NCBI GenBank assembly: GCA_965250005.1
Contig: OZ252279.1
Span: 1,410,001 to 1,442,000, forward strand
Source of the DNA: Demequinaceae bacterium
Lineage (GTDB): Bacteria; Actinomycetota; Actinomycetes; Actinomycetales; Demequinaceae
Length of the DNA stretch: 32,000 nt
Direction of reading: 5' to 3'
Position 1 is the stretch's first letter; the number at the start of each line of letters is the position of its first letter. Position numbers and translations under genes: made by a program. Below are positions 1 to 9,581 of the stretch, one piece after another. The notes beneath the pieces were generated by a model that did no database searches, was not told where the DNA came from, and saw nothing but the letters and a program-made list of their open reading frames with translations.

Positions 1-487
1 CGAGGGCGAACACGAAGCCGAGCACAAGGATTTGAGCCCATGCCGCTCCGCGTGCCGGATCCACGAACTGCGGCAGCACCGCAGCGACGAACACGATGGT
101 CTTGGGGTTCAGCACTCCGACGACGAAGGACTCGCTCAACAATTTGCTGGTAGGCGGGATTGCCTGTGCGTCATCGTCCGCTGGCACGTCCAGGCCCTCA
201 CGCCGGTGGCGGATCGCCTGGATTCCCAAGTAGATCAAGTAGCCACCGCCGAACCACTTGAGAACCGTGAACGCTGTCGCGGATGCCGCAATCACCGCGC
301 CGATGCCGACAGCCACCAGGATGGTGTGAGCCACCTCGCCACCGGTATTGCCCACCACGCTCACAAGAGCGGCGCGCTTGCCGTGCTGCAGTGCCCGGCC
401 GACGATGAAGAGAATGCTCGGTCCCGGGATGACGATGACCACGAATGCGAGCGCTGTAAACGCTACGAGCGTGTTGAGGCTGACCAT
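1..487 (-). CDS. LysE/RhtB-family amino-acid exporter, truncated at the window edge
   Basis: Minus-strand open frame from ATG (CAT at 485-487) running off the left edge. It translates as MVSLNTLVAFTALAFVVIVIPGPSILFIVGRALQHGKRAALVSVVGNTGGEV..., with the PGP motif and hydrophobic pattern typical of LysE translocators. It is absent from the ORF track because it is open-ended. Confidence 0.85.
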   Translation of the reverse strand, partial: MVSLNTLVAFTALAFVVIVIPGPSILFIVGRALQHGKRAALVSVVGNTGGEVAHTILVAVGIGAVIAASATAFTVLKWFGGGYLIYLGIQAIRHRREGLDVPADDDAQAIPPTSKLLSESFVVGVLNPKTIVFVAAVLPQFVDPARGAAWAQILVLGFVFAL

Positions 488-496
488 GCCCCGACC

Positions 497-1843
497 CTAC
501 CCGCGCCGGGCGACGGCGAGGCGGGCGAGGACTGCCGCGAGCAGCACCAGCGCGAACGCCTGCCACGCGGTCACTTCGACCGTCGCCGCTCGAGCCGTGA
601 ATCCTTCGAGCACCCCGCGAAATCCCACTACGGCGAAACCGATCATCCCGAGTATCGCACTCACGCTCGCGAGCCCGGCGAGAACCATGCGCCACCACGC
701 CCGGCCCACGGTGGCGGAGCGCGCGGGCGGCCGGTCGAAGCGCCGGAACGTGAGAACGCACAGGCCCACGAGCACTAGGAACAGGACGAACAGAGGCAGC
801 CTCAACGCCCACCATGCTCCAGTTCCCGGCGGCCCAAACACCGGCGCGCCCACCGCGTAGAGCAACCCGTACATTCCCATCAGCGCAACGAAGTGCCACA
901 AGAACGCGGTCATCGCCACCGAGCCAGCGGCGATCACCACGCTCCAAGGGCGACGTCCCTGAAGCCACCGCGTGAGAGCCGGGCGCAGCACGAGCAGCGC
1001 ACCCGCCTGCGCGACCGCGAACGTCAGGAGCACTACCGTGGGCGGCGCGAGGTTCGACAGCTTCTCGCCCGGGTAGGAGATGAGCGAGTCGCCGTACGGG
1101 CCAAGCCAAATCAAGTGTGCCGACGCCGCGGTCCCCAGCCCGAGCATCGTCCACCCGAGTTTGACTCCCCGGCGGTTGGCGACGCCGTCGGCGTAGAAGA
1201 AGCCGAGCTGGTGGATGGCGAGCCACACGAACGCGAAGTTGAGCCACATCACGTGCGGGACGTCGAGGCCCAGGCGCAGCACGTCAACCGCCACTACTGA
1301 GCCGGCAAGGGCAGCGAGGGCTCGCCAGCCAAACCGCTCGTGCACGCGCAGCATCGCGGGCGCAAGTGCGGCGGCGATCAAGTAGATGCCAATGAACCAC
1401 AGCAGCTGCCCGGCAATCTGGAGCGCGAACGCCGCGGTCTCTCCCACCTCAAGCAGCAACTCAACCGCGACGGACGCGACCATGCCCACCGCAACGAACG
1501 CCAGCGCGGGCAACACCAGCCGCGAGATGCGCGCGTGAACAAAGTCCGCGTACCCGCCGCCGCGCTTGGCGAGCGACCGCCACGCGACCGCGTGTGCGAA
1601 GCCGCCCACCACGAAGAACACGGGCATCACTTGCAGCAGCCAGGTCCCGGCTCGGGCCCACCAGAACCACGACACCAGGTTGTCGGTGTCCCACACGTCT
1701 CCTGCGGGGCCCTCCTCGATCACGATGACCGCGAGAAAGAAGTGGCCGATCATGACGCCGGCGAGCGACGCCACGCGCAGGAAATCTACGTAGCGGTCGC
1801 GCGACGCGGGGGTCCCGGCCACGAGGGAGGCGACGTCGCTCAT
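497..1843 (-). CDS. Acyltransferase 3 family integral membrane protein
   Basis: 448 aa ORF with many hydrophobic helices and an N-terminal RDRYVDFLRVASLAGVMIGHFF segment, then RISRLVLPAL, typical of acyltransferase-3 proteins. Confidence 0.8.
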   Translation of the reverse strand: MSDVASLVAGTPASRDRYVDFLRVASLAGVMIGHFFLAVIVIEEGPAGDVWDTDNLVSWFWWARAGTWLLQVMPVFFVVGGFAHAVAWRSLAKRGGGYADFVHARISRLVLPALAFVAVGMVASVAVELLLEVGETAAFALQIAGQLLWFIGIYLIAAALAPAMLRVHERFGWRALAALAGSVVAVDVLRLGLDVPHVMWLNFAFVWLAIHQLGFFYADGVANRRGVKLGWTMLGLGTAASAHLIWLGPYGDSLISYPGEKLSNLAPPTVVLLTFAVAQAGALLVLRPALTRWLQGRRPWSVVIAAGSVAMTAFLWHFVALMGMYGLLYAVGAPVFGPPGTGAWWALRLPLFVLFLVLVGLCVLTFRRFDRPPARSATVGRAWWRMVLAGLASVSAILGMIGFAVVGFRGVLEGFTARAATVEVTAWQAFALVLLAAVLARLAVARRG

Positions 1844-1898
1844 GCGTTCAGGCTACGGCGTGCCAGCGCGCCAGCGCGCAATGGGTGATGCTAGGTGG

Positions 1899-2351
1899 CT
1901 AGCGTGCCGAAACGGCTTCGCGCGGATCCGGTCCGTATTCGTTGGTCCCGCGCTTAGGCTCGAGGATGCACATGATCAGCGGAACGATTCCAAGGCCGGC
2001 AAGGTTGAGCCACAACCAGTGACCCGACTGCCCCATGTCGTGGAGCCGCCGGGACTCGACGGCGAGGCTGGGTAACAACAGGACCAGCCACACCACGAAT
2101 GCAACAGCGACAGTCACGATGACCGGCCCCCAGTACAGGTCCGCGAACCCGACCTGTTCCTCTTCACCCCGGATCGCGCCGGTGTAGACGGGCGTGAACA
2201 GCGCGAAGTACGCAAGCATGGTCAAGAACTGAAGCGGCATGTTGATGATCATCACCGCGAGGTGGAACCACCAAAACTCCGACCGCCGAGCGCGGCCACT
2301 GAATTGCGTGTAGTTGCGCAGGGCCGACCGGAAAGCTTCACCAAAACTCAC
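1899..2351 (-). CDS. DUF805 domain-containing membrane protein
   Basis: 150 aa ORF with NYTQFSGRARRSEFWWFHLAV... and SRRLHDMGQSGHWLWLNL...GTNEYGPDP, the diagnostic DUF805 pattern. Confidence 0.9.
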   Translation of the reverse strand: MSFGEAFRSALRNYTQFSGRARRSEFWWFHLAVMIINMPLQFLTMLAYFALFTPVYTGAIRGEEEQVGFADLYWGPVIVTVAVAFVVWLVLLLPSLAVESRRLHDMGQSGHWLWLNLAGLGIVPLIMCILEPKRGTNEYGPDPREAVSAR

Positions 2352-2562
2352 GTCTGTGTAGCCTCCACGCTCTTAGGGTTTTCGTTCCAGCGGCTCGCAA
2401 GCCACGTGCTCGCATTCGGCGCGATAGCGTCGGCAATGGCACAACCCAACACGTCACGCCCCGACGCGAGGTCGTGGGTGCGTCGATGAATGATCACGAT
2501 GCCAGGATACGCCCCGCGCGCTAGATGGCCGGAGCACACGCGGCGGCCCGTATTGTGGGGCC

Positions 2563-3879
2563 ATGTCCGCCGTAGCCGATCTTCGTCTCCTGCTACGTAC
2601 GTCGGGATTTCGACGGCTCGCGTACGCACGCGTGCTGTCGCAAGGCGGCGACGGAATGTTCCAAGCGGGAATCGCCGCGACGTTCTTCTTCGACCCGAAC
2701 GAGAGCGCGACTCCCGTCGATATCGCACTCGGGTTCGTCGTGTTCTTCGCTCCGTTCACGCTGGTCGGGCCGTTCGTGGGTCCTCTCGTGGATCGATGGC
2801 AGCGACAACGCATCATCCTCGTCGGAAACCTCATTCGGGTCGTGCTCGCCGCGGGAATCGGCGCCGCGCTCGTATTCGACGGCCCGCTATGGACGCTCTA
2901 CGCGGGAGCACTCCTGACCCTCTCGGTGAATCGCTTCCTACTCGCGGCCATGACCGCCGGCATCCCGCGCGTGTCCCCGCCGGAGCAACTGTTGACCGCC
3001 AACGCGACGCTGCCCACGCTCGGGACCATCGCCGCGATCATCGGCGGCGGCTTCGGAATCTTCGCGTCCGTCCTCGCCCCGCGCCTGTCGGAGGACAACA
3101 TCGGCCTCACCACAATCGTGGCCGCGGGTATGGCGTTCGGGCTGTCGTCATGGGCTGCGACGCGGCTGACCCGAGGAGAGCTCGGGCCGGTGCACCCGCT
3201 CGCAAGCCTCGCGTTCGCCGCACAGGTGCGCGAGCTTTGGACGGAACTGCGCGACGGGGCGAAGTACCTGCACGCGCGCCGCACCCCCTGGCACGCGCTC
3301 GGCGTGATGGCCTCTCAGCGGCTCTTGTACGGCACCATGCTCGTGTCCGTGATGCTCGTCGCTCGCAATGTGCTGGCCGACCCCAACGATTCAGACGCGG
3401 GACTCGCAGAGCTCGGCAAGTGGCTGCTTTTCGCCGGCATTGGGTTCGGGCTCGCCGCCATCCTCACCCCCGCACTCGGGCACCGCATTCCGCGGCACAG
3501 TTGGATCGTCATGTGCCTAGGAATTGGCGCATTTGGCCAGTCGCTGCTCGCGTTCTCCAGCGAGCGGTGGGCGCTCTACGCTGCCGCGATCATCGTGAGT
3601 TTCGCGGTTCAAGGCGGGAAGATCGCCGTCGACACGATCGTGCAGCGCGACACCGACGACCAGGTGCGCGGGCGCGCTTTCACGTTGTACGACACCGCCT
3701 ACAACGTCGCCTTCATCTCGTCGGCGCTTGTCATTGCGCTGCTCTCGACCGTGGGCGTGCTGCCGGAATCTGGCTACTCCGCTGTAGTGATGGCAAGCCT
3801 CGCAGCGGTCTACGGGCTGCTCGCTCTCGTTTACAGCCGCGCTCCCGTTGTTCCGCGAAAAGTCTCGGCGCACAGCTAG
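2563..3879 (+). CDS. MFS transporter
   Basis: 438 aa ORF, about 12 hydrophobic segments, MFS-like loop GPFVGPLVDRWQRQRIILVGNLIRVVLA. Confidence 0.8.
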   Translation: MSAVADLRLLLRTSGFRRLAYARVLSQGGDGMFQAGIAATFFFDPNESATPVDIALGFVVFFAPFTLVGPFVGPLVDRWQRQRIILVGNLIRVVLAAGIGAALVFDGPLWTLYAGALLTLSVNRFLLAAMTAGIPRVSPPEQLLTANATLPTLGTIAAIIGGGFGIFASVLAPRLSEDNIGLTTIVAAGMAFGLSSWAATRLTRGELGPVHPLASLAFAAQVRELWTELRDGAKYLHARRTPWHALGVMASQRLLYGTMLVSVMLVARNVLADPNDSDAGLAELGKWLLFAGIGFGLAAILTPALGHRIPRHSWIVMCLGIGAFGQSLLAFSSERWALYAAAIIVSFAVQGGKIAVDTIVQRDTDDQVRGRAFTLYDTAYNVAFISSALVIALLSTVGVLPESGYSAVVMASLAAVYGLLALVYSRAPVVPRKVSAHS

Positions 3880-3904
3880 CGCGCTCCGAAACTGCCGCCC
3901 GCCT

Positions 3905-5389
3905 TCAGGAGCGGTTCTGCCACCACTCACGCAGCTCCGTTGTCGCGCGTTCCTCACCGAGCGGGCCGTGCTCCATCCGCAGTTCAAGCATGTGCTTGTA
4001 CGCGGCACCAACGTCGCGCCCCGGCGGGATTCCAAGGATCTCCATGATCTGTTGACCGTCAAGGTCGGGCCGGATCGCGTCGAGTTCTTCTTGCTCGCGC
4101 AGTTCCGCGATGCGCCTCTCCAGGTCGTCGTACGCGTGCGCCAGCCGGTCGGCCTTGCGCCGGTTGCGCGTGGTGCAGTCCGCGCGCGTCACGCGATGCA
4201 GGCGCTCAAGTTGCTCCCCCGCATCGGTCACGTAGCGGCGCACTGCCGAGTCCGTCCACTTGGCCTCGCCGTAGCCGTGGAATCGCAAGTGAAGCTCAAC
4301 GAGTGCCGTGACGGCCTTGATCGTTTCCTTGTCGAATTTGAGTGCCCTGAGCCGCCTAGACGCGAGCTTGCCACCCACCACCTCGTGATGATGAAAACTC
4401 ACGGCGCCGCCGGACTCGAAGCGTCGGGTCGCGGGCTTGCCGATGTCGTGCAGGAGCGCGGCCAACCTGAGCGTGATGTCCGGGCCGGGAACCGCGCCGT
4501 CGGCCGCGGTCTCCAGATCAATCGCCTGTTCCAGCACCGTCAGCGTGTGTTCGTATACGTCCTTGTGATGGTGGTGCTCATCCGCTTCGAGCTGCAGCGC
4601 TGGAAGCTCCGGCAGCACGTGGGCAGCGAGGCCAATATCGACCAACTCTGTCAGCCCTGCGCGGGGGTTCGCCCCCATCAGCAGTTTGGTGAGCTCATCC
4701 CGAACGCGCTCCGCAGAAACGATCGTGATCCGCTCAGCCATGTCCGCGGCCGCCGCCCGCGTCGACGGCTCAACATCGAAGCCCAACTGAGACGCGAACC
4801 GCGCGGCCCGCATCATGCGCAGAGGGTCATCGCCAAAACTAGTTTCGGGCTCGATGGGGGTGCGCAGCAACCCGCCAGCGAGGTCCTCAAGTCCACCGAA
4901 GGGATCAACAAACTCCCTCGACGGAAGCCGCACGGCCATCGCGTTCACAGTGAAGTCGCGGCGTGCGAGGTCAGCCTCAAGAGTGTCGCCGAATCTGACC
5001 GCGGGCTTGCGCGTCTCGCCGTCGTACTCATCAGCGCGGTACGTGGTGACCTCAACCTGCAGTGCACCGCGCATCACGCCGATCGTCCCAAACTCGCGAC
5101 CCATATCCCACGTCTGCCCACCCCAGGCGTCAAGCAGTTTCTCGGTCTGATCCGGTAGCGCCGATGTTGCAAAGTCGAGGTCCGCGCTCGATCGCCCGAG
5201 GAACGCATCACGCACCGACCCACCAACCAGGGCTAGCTCGTGGCCATCCGCGGCGAAGGCTTCTGCTAGTTCCGTCACGTCCGCCGGCTGGGCAGCCCAA
5301 AGGCTAGCGGCGCGCTCGCGTAGGGTCTCGATACTTGGCACGTTAGAGGTCACAACAACCAAGCATCCCAGAAAGCGGGTCACGTCCAC
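3905..5389 (-). CDS. cca: CCA tRNA nucleotidyltransferase with HD domain
   Basis: 494 aa ORF with LVGGSVRDAFLGRSSADLDFATSA (nucleotidyltransferase motif), RDFTVNAMAV, RFASQLGF and an HD region LLHDIGKPATR...FHHHEVVG. The true start may lie slightly downstream of 5389. Confidence 0.93.
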   Translation of the reverse strand: MDVTRFLGCLVVVTSNVPSIETLRERAASLWAAQPADVTELAEAFAADGHELALVGGSVRDAFLGRSSADLDFATSALPDQTEKLLDAWGGQTWDMGREFGTIGVMRGALQVEVTTYRADEYDGETRKPAVRFGDTLEADLARRDFTVNAMAVRLPSREFVDPFGGLEDLAGGLLRTPIEPETSFGDDPLRMMRAARFASQLGFDVEPSTRAAAADMAERITIVSAERVRDELTKLLMGANPRAGLTELVDIGLAAHVLPELPALQLEADEHHHHKDVYEHTLTVLEQAIDLETAADGAVPGPDITLRLAALLHDIGKPATRRFESGGAVSFHHHEVVGGKLASRRLRALKFDKETIKAVTALVELHLRFHGYGEAKWTDSAVRRYVTDAGEQLERLHRVTRADCTTRNRRKADRLAHAYDDLERRIAELREQEELDAIRPDLDGQQIMEILGIPPGRDVGAAYKHMLELRMEHGPLGEERATTELREWWQNRS

Positions 5390-5421
5390 ATCAACCTAGC
5401 CGTGGTCGTTAGAGTGAGGCC

Positions 5422-5967
5422 ATGCCCTCGCCCCCTGTCCCTCGACCCAGCGCCAGGCCTCCGCTCCCTGACGCCACGCCCGAGCGCAAGGGCCGCGGCG
5501 ACACCACGGGTCGCGGGGCGAATTTGCCAGTCTCACATGAAATCTCGGCGGGAGGAATCGCCGTCCACGTTGTTGACGGCGAAGCAAACGCGGCGACGAT
5601 CGGTCGGCGAAACCGGAATGGCAAACTCGAATGGTGCCTACCCAAGGGTCATCTTGAGGGCGACGAAACACCTCAAGAGGCGGCCGTCCGCGAAATCGCG
5701 GAAGAGGCGGGCGTGCACGGTGAGATCATCCACTCGCTCGGCATCATCGACTACTGGTTCACGGGTGACGATAGACGGGTGCATAAAGTAGTGCACCACT
5801 TCTTGCTCGAGACGCACAGCGACGAGATAACCGCGGACAACGACCCGGACCAAGAGGCGGAAGTGGCCGAATGGGTGCCGCTTCGCGACCTCGCCAATCG
5901 CCTTGCATATCCAAATGAGCGCCGCATAGCCGAGGTCGCTGCCAAGTTGCTCGTCCTGGACACGTGA
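5422..5967 (+). CDS. NUDIX hydrolase
   Basis: 181 aa ORF with a full Nudix box GHLEGDETPQEAAVREIAEEAGVHG. Position next to cca matches the mycobacterial mutT4 position (established synteny). Confidence 0.9.
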   Translation: MPSPPVPRPSARPPLPDATPERKGRGDTTGRGANLPVSHEISAGGIAVHVVDGEANAATIGRRNRNGKLEWCLPKGHLEGDETPQEAAVREIAEEAGVHGEIIHSLGIIDYWFTGDDRRVHKVVHHFLLETHSDEITADNDPDQEAEVAEWVPLRDLANRLAYPNERRIAEVAAKLLVLDT

Positions 5968-7850
5968 TCGTGCGCACGGCCCTACGTGCGGCGCGCGGAG
6001 CGCTCGCACTAGTCCTCGCTGCTGCGGTCGCCACCGGCGGGTCCGCGTTCGCAGCTGATGACGACCCCGAATCGCTTGCCCTCGAAGACGACTACATCGG
6101 GTTCACACTCACCGACTACGGCTCCAACTTCATCGAACCCGGTGGGTCGATTGTAGTGGGTGGAATAGTCACAAACGACTCCCTCGAGATGGTCGCCGGC
6201 CTCGAGGTGACGATCTCCGTATCAAGTTCGCCATTCGACTCTCGCGACCAACTCTCCGCGTGGGAATCTGGCCAGAGCGACGTGCCAACCCACGTGGTCG
6301 GACGCTCCAGCGTGGGCGGACCCGCCGGAATACCGGCCAAAGGAACCGTTCAAACCTTCTCGGTAGCCCCGACCTCCGACCTCGGGTTTGCCGCGGGCAT
6401 ATGGGGCGTGTACGGCGTCAACGTATCAGTCACGCGCGACGGTGTCGCGTTGCGGACTATCCGCACGTTCGCCACTTGGCTCGACGTCCCTGTCGAGTCC
6501 ATGCCCACCACCGTCATCGCGAGCGTCACTGGAGCACCGACGCGGGCCGCTGCGCTGCTCCAGGCTGCCAGCCGACCAGAGGTGAGCCTCTTGGTAGATC
6601 CGACTAGCCTCGGCTCTGACTCCGTCGGCCCAAGTATCGATGCCCGCGACACTTTTCTTCTTCCTGCGGGCCATGTAGATGTCGCGTCACTTGCCTATGG
6701 CGACCAAGTCGGGTTGCTTTCGCTGGCCCTCACTCGTGCCATTCAAGACAGGACAGAGGGCACACCGTGGATTGCCGTCGTGCCGCAAGCGGACCCAACG
6801 ACCGTGAGCTTCGCTCGTCAACTTGGTGCATTCGCCCTACTGCTCGATCCAGCGTCGGCAGCTGGTCCCAGTTACCCGCTCGCAGAGGCCACCAGCGGAG
6901 CCACTCTCGTACGCCCTGACCCCGGGCTCTCGCTGGTCCTCGCTCGCTCAGGGCCGACGGATCCAACGTCGGTTGCGCGGGTCCTCGCCGAATCCGCGAT
7001 GTTCGCGGTCGAGTCCGATTTCGCGCCCGTGATTGTAGCGCCGGGGTCTGGTTGGGTTGTGGGGGGCGACGACGGTTCGCCCGTCCTCGATGCGCTACTG
7101 GACGCGCCCTGGGTCGATCCCCTGACTCTCACCGACTTGCTGGCAAGTTTCCCGGCCGAGCGAGTCGAAGCCGACGAGCGCCCACCAGCCGACGAGGCAA
7201 TTCCTACGGGCGTACTTGCGCACGCCGCGAGAGCCCTGGAAGGCGCTGCACATGTGGCTCACGCTACGCCCGACGCCACCGGACTTCTTGGCGGCGCGGA
7301 GGCCGCGCTGCTGCACTCCTTCTCGTATGAGGGCCGGCGAAACCCAGAGGAGCGCGCTGCCGCGATTGACGAGGCAGTCTCGGCGCTCAACGAGATTCGG
7401 CGCGCGGTGCACGTTGCGGGCGCAGATGAACTCAATTTAATCTCATCGTCCGCCGAGTTACCCGTCACCGTTCGCAATGATTTGGACGCCGACGTCACCG
7501 TCACCGTTTTCGCCGTATCGTCTTCACCGATCCTGCGCATCGTTGAGCGTCCCGCCATAACCATCCCCGCGGCTTCCGAACTGCAAGTGCTGATTCCTGT
7601 TACAGCTGTCTCGAGCGCGAATATCACGGTGTCGGTCACGCTCCAAGACGACGTTGGCCACGTTCTTGCGGCTTCCTCAGACCTGAACGTGCGCGTGCGT
7701 GCTCAATGGGGCGACGTATTTACAGCGGTAGTGGGCGGCGGATTCGCGGTTCTTCTAGTCGCAGGTGCCATCCGGACCATCCGCCGCGGCCGCGCAAAGA
7801 CGCGCGGAACTCCACAACCTGAACCGGTAGCCGCACACGAGGGTCGTTGA
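5964..7850 (+). CDS. Secreted or membrane-anchored protein, probable DUF6049 family
   Basis: 628 aa ORF with an N-terminal signal peptide (ARGALALVLAAAVATGGSAFA) and one C-terminal TM helix (FTAVVGGGFAVLLVAGAIRTIRRGR). GTGA overlap with the upstream CDS. It sits between the NUDIX gene and murJ, as Rv3909 does in mycobacteria. Confidence 0.75.
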   Translation: MIVRTALRAARGALALVLAAAVATGGSAFAADDDPESLALEDDYIGFTLTDYGSNFIEPGGSIVVGGIVTNDSLEMVAGLEVTISVSSSPFDSRDQLSAWESGQSDVPTHVVGRSSVGGPAGIPAKGTVQTFSVAPTSDLGFAAGIWGVYGVNVSVTRDGVALRTIRTFATWLDVPVESMPTTVIASVTGAPTRAAALLQAASRPEVSLLVDPTSLGSDSVGPSIDARDTFLLPAGHVDVASLAYGDQVGLLSLALTRAIQDRTEGTPWIAVVPQADPTTVSFARQLGAFALLLDPASAAGPSYPLAEATSGATLVRPDPGLSLVLARSGPTDPTSVARVLAESAMFAVESDFAPVIVAPGSGWVVGGDDGSPVLDALLDAPWVDPLTLTDLLASFPAERVEADERPPADEAIPTGVLAHAARALEGAAHVAHATPDATGLLGGAEAALLHSFSYEGRRNPEERAAAIDEAVSALNEIRRAVHVAGADELNLISSSAELPVTVRNDLDADVTVTVFAVSSSPILRIVERPAITIPAASELQVLIPVTAVSSANITVSVTLQDDVGHVLAASSDLNVRVRAQWGDVFTAVVGGGFAVLLVAGAIRTIRRGRAKTRGTPQPEPVAAHEGR

Positions 7851-7851
7851 C

Positions 7852-9546
7852 ATGACAGAGTCGGGAGCCGCCGAGCCCGCAGGCGTTGCGCCCGGAAAAT
7901 CACTTGCCCGCCACTCGACTGTGATGGCGGCGGGTACCGCGACGTCACGCTTCCTCGGATTCATTCGCGCCACGCTCATGATCGCAGCGATTGGCGCCAC
8001 GACAGGCGTGGCCGACGCGTTCGATGCGGCCAATAAGATCCCGAGCATCCTGTACGCACTGATCGCGTCCGGTGTGCTCAACGCCGTGCTTGTCCCGCAA
8101 ATTGTCCGCGCCTTTGCGCGTAAAGGCGGCAAGCGATCAGTCGACCGCATTCTCACCCTCGGCGGCACGCTCGTCTTCGCCATCAGCATCGTCTTCACCT
8201 CCCTCGCGACCCTGGCTATCGCGGTGGTCTACCACGAGGACTCGCCCGCGCTTGTCGCACTGGCCGTCGCCTTCGCCTTCTGGTGCATTCCCCAACTCTT
8301 CTTCTACGGCATGTACACACTGCTGGGACAAGTTCTCAACTCTCGCGAGCAGTTCGGCCCATACATGTGGGCACCGGTCGCGAACAACATCGTAGGAATA
8401 GCGGGCCTGCTTGCCTACCTCGCCATCTTTGGGCAGCACGCAGGCGGCGCGGACGTTGACATCGCCCAAACGTGGACCGCTGGCCGGATCGCGCTGCTCG
8501 CGGGAGTCGCGACGCTTGGGATCGCAGTTCAAGCCACCGTACTGATCATCCCGCTGGTTCGCGGTGGCTACCGCTGGCGTTGGAAGTGGCGCGGCCCCAA
8601 GGGCGAATTGGACGGAGTCAAGCGGGTGGCCGGTTGGGCGCTCGCGGCCGTCCTGCTGGAACAGGTCGGAATCGCTTGGACCGTACGCATCGCCTCGGGC
8701 GCTCGCGGCGCCGCCGACGCGCTCGATTACGTGGGCGACATCGCGGGAAACGCCGTGTACTCGTACGCGCTCGTCATCTACCTAGTCCCGCACTCGCTCG
8801 TGACGGTATCAATCGTGACGGCGCTCTTCACGGGGATGTCGCGCTTCGCGGCGGCTGGAGATATGGCGGGATTACGCGGAGAACTGTCCCGGGGCCTGCG
8901 CACCATCGCCATATTCACGGTCTTCTCAACGGTTGCGCTCGTGGTCCTCGCGCCGCTTGCCGTGCGCGTCATCTATCCCAGCGCCACCACCGAGGAAGTC
9001 GCCACCATCGCAAGCGTGCTCACCGCCATGAGCCTCGGCCTTGTCGCGCTAGGCGCCATGGTGCTCATCAAGATGGTCTACTTCGCGCTCGAAGACGGAA
9101 GGTCAATCTTCTTCATCCACATCCCCATGACCATCACGCTCGTGGGTGTCTCCCTAATCGGTCAGGCGACACTCCACCCGCGCTGGTGGGTCGTAGGAAT
9201 CGCCGCTGGGCTTGCCGCATCGAATGTCGTTGCCATGGCCCTGCGGATGGCTGGGCTACAGAGAAAACTGGGCGGAATCGATGGTCGTCGCGTAGCCCGC
9301 ACGCACGTTCTCGCGATCGTCGCGGCGGTCCCCGCCGGTGCGGCGGGCTGGCTCCTGGTGCAGGCGGCTCCGAACCTAGCCGATAGCTCTCGCTTGGCCG
9401 CCGTTGGCCTCGCGGCGTCGTGGTGCGCGGGCATCGGGATTGCGATGCTCGCTCTTTACAGCATTGCGCTGTGGGCTCTTCGCGTGAGCGAGTGGCGGGA
9501 CGCAGCCGCGCCCATCCTGCGCAAACTTGGTATCCGCGTAACATAG
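7852..9546 (+). CDS. murJ: MurJ/MviN lipid II flippase
   Basis: 564 aa ORF with MviN hallmarks: TATSRFLGFIRATLMIAAIGATTGVADAFDAANKIPSILYALIASGVLNAVLVPQIVRAF. Confidence 0.92.
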   Translation: MTESGAAEPAGVAPGKSLARHSTVMAAGTATSRFLGFIRATLMIAAIGATTGVADAFDAANKIPSILYALIASGVLNAVLVPQIVRAFARKGGKRSVDRILTLGGTLVFAISIVFTSLATLAIAVVYHEDSPALVALAVAFAFWCIPQLFFYGMYTLLGQVLNSREQFGPYMWAPVANNIVGIAGLLAYLAIFGQHAGGADVDIAQTWTAGRIALLAGVATLGIAVQATVLIIPLVRGGYRWRWKWRGPKGELDGVKRVAGWALAAVLLEQVGIAWTVRIASGARGAADALDYVGDIAGNAVYSYALVIYLVPHSLVTVSIVTALFTGMSRFAAAGDMAGLRGELSRGLRTIAIFTVFSTVALVVLAPLAVRVIYPSATTEEVATIASVLTAMSLGLVALGAMVLIKMVYFALEDGRSIFFIHIPMTITLVGVSLIGQATLHPRWWVVGIAAGLAASNVVAMALRMAGLQRKLGGIDGRRVARTHVLAIVAAVPAGAAGWLLVQAAPNLADSSRLAAVGLAASWCAGIGIAMLALYSIALWALRVSEWRDAAAPILRKLGIRVT

Positions 9547-9581
9547 CCCCACAGGACTTCGTAGATACTTCCTGGGGGAAG

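Noticed and set aside
3880-3904. Possible bidirectional terminator between the convergent MFS and cca genes
   Set aside because: Only GCTCC/GGAGC pairing over a loop of about 20 nt and no T-tract; too weak to list.
2490-4055. 521 aa plus-strand ORF overlapping the MFS gene in another frame
   Set aside because: Very Arg-rich and low-information. The 2563-3879 frame has a clear transporter hydrophobicity pattern.
3848-5158. 436 aa plus-strand ORF antisense to cca
   Set aside because: Arg/His/Val-rich composition with no recognisable motif, and it mirrors the codon pattern of the well-supported cca. A typical shadow ORF in high-GC DNA.
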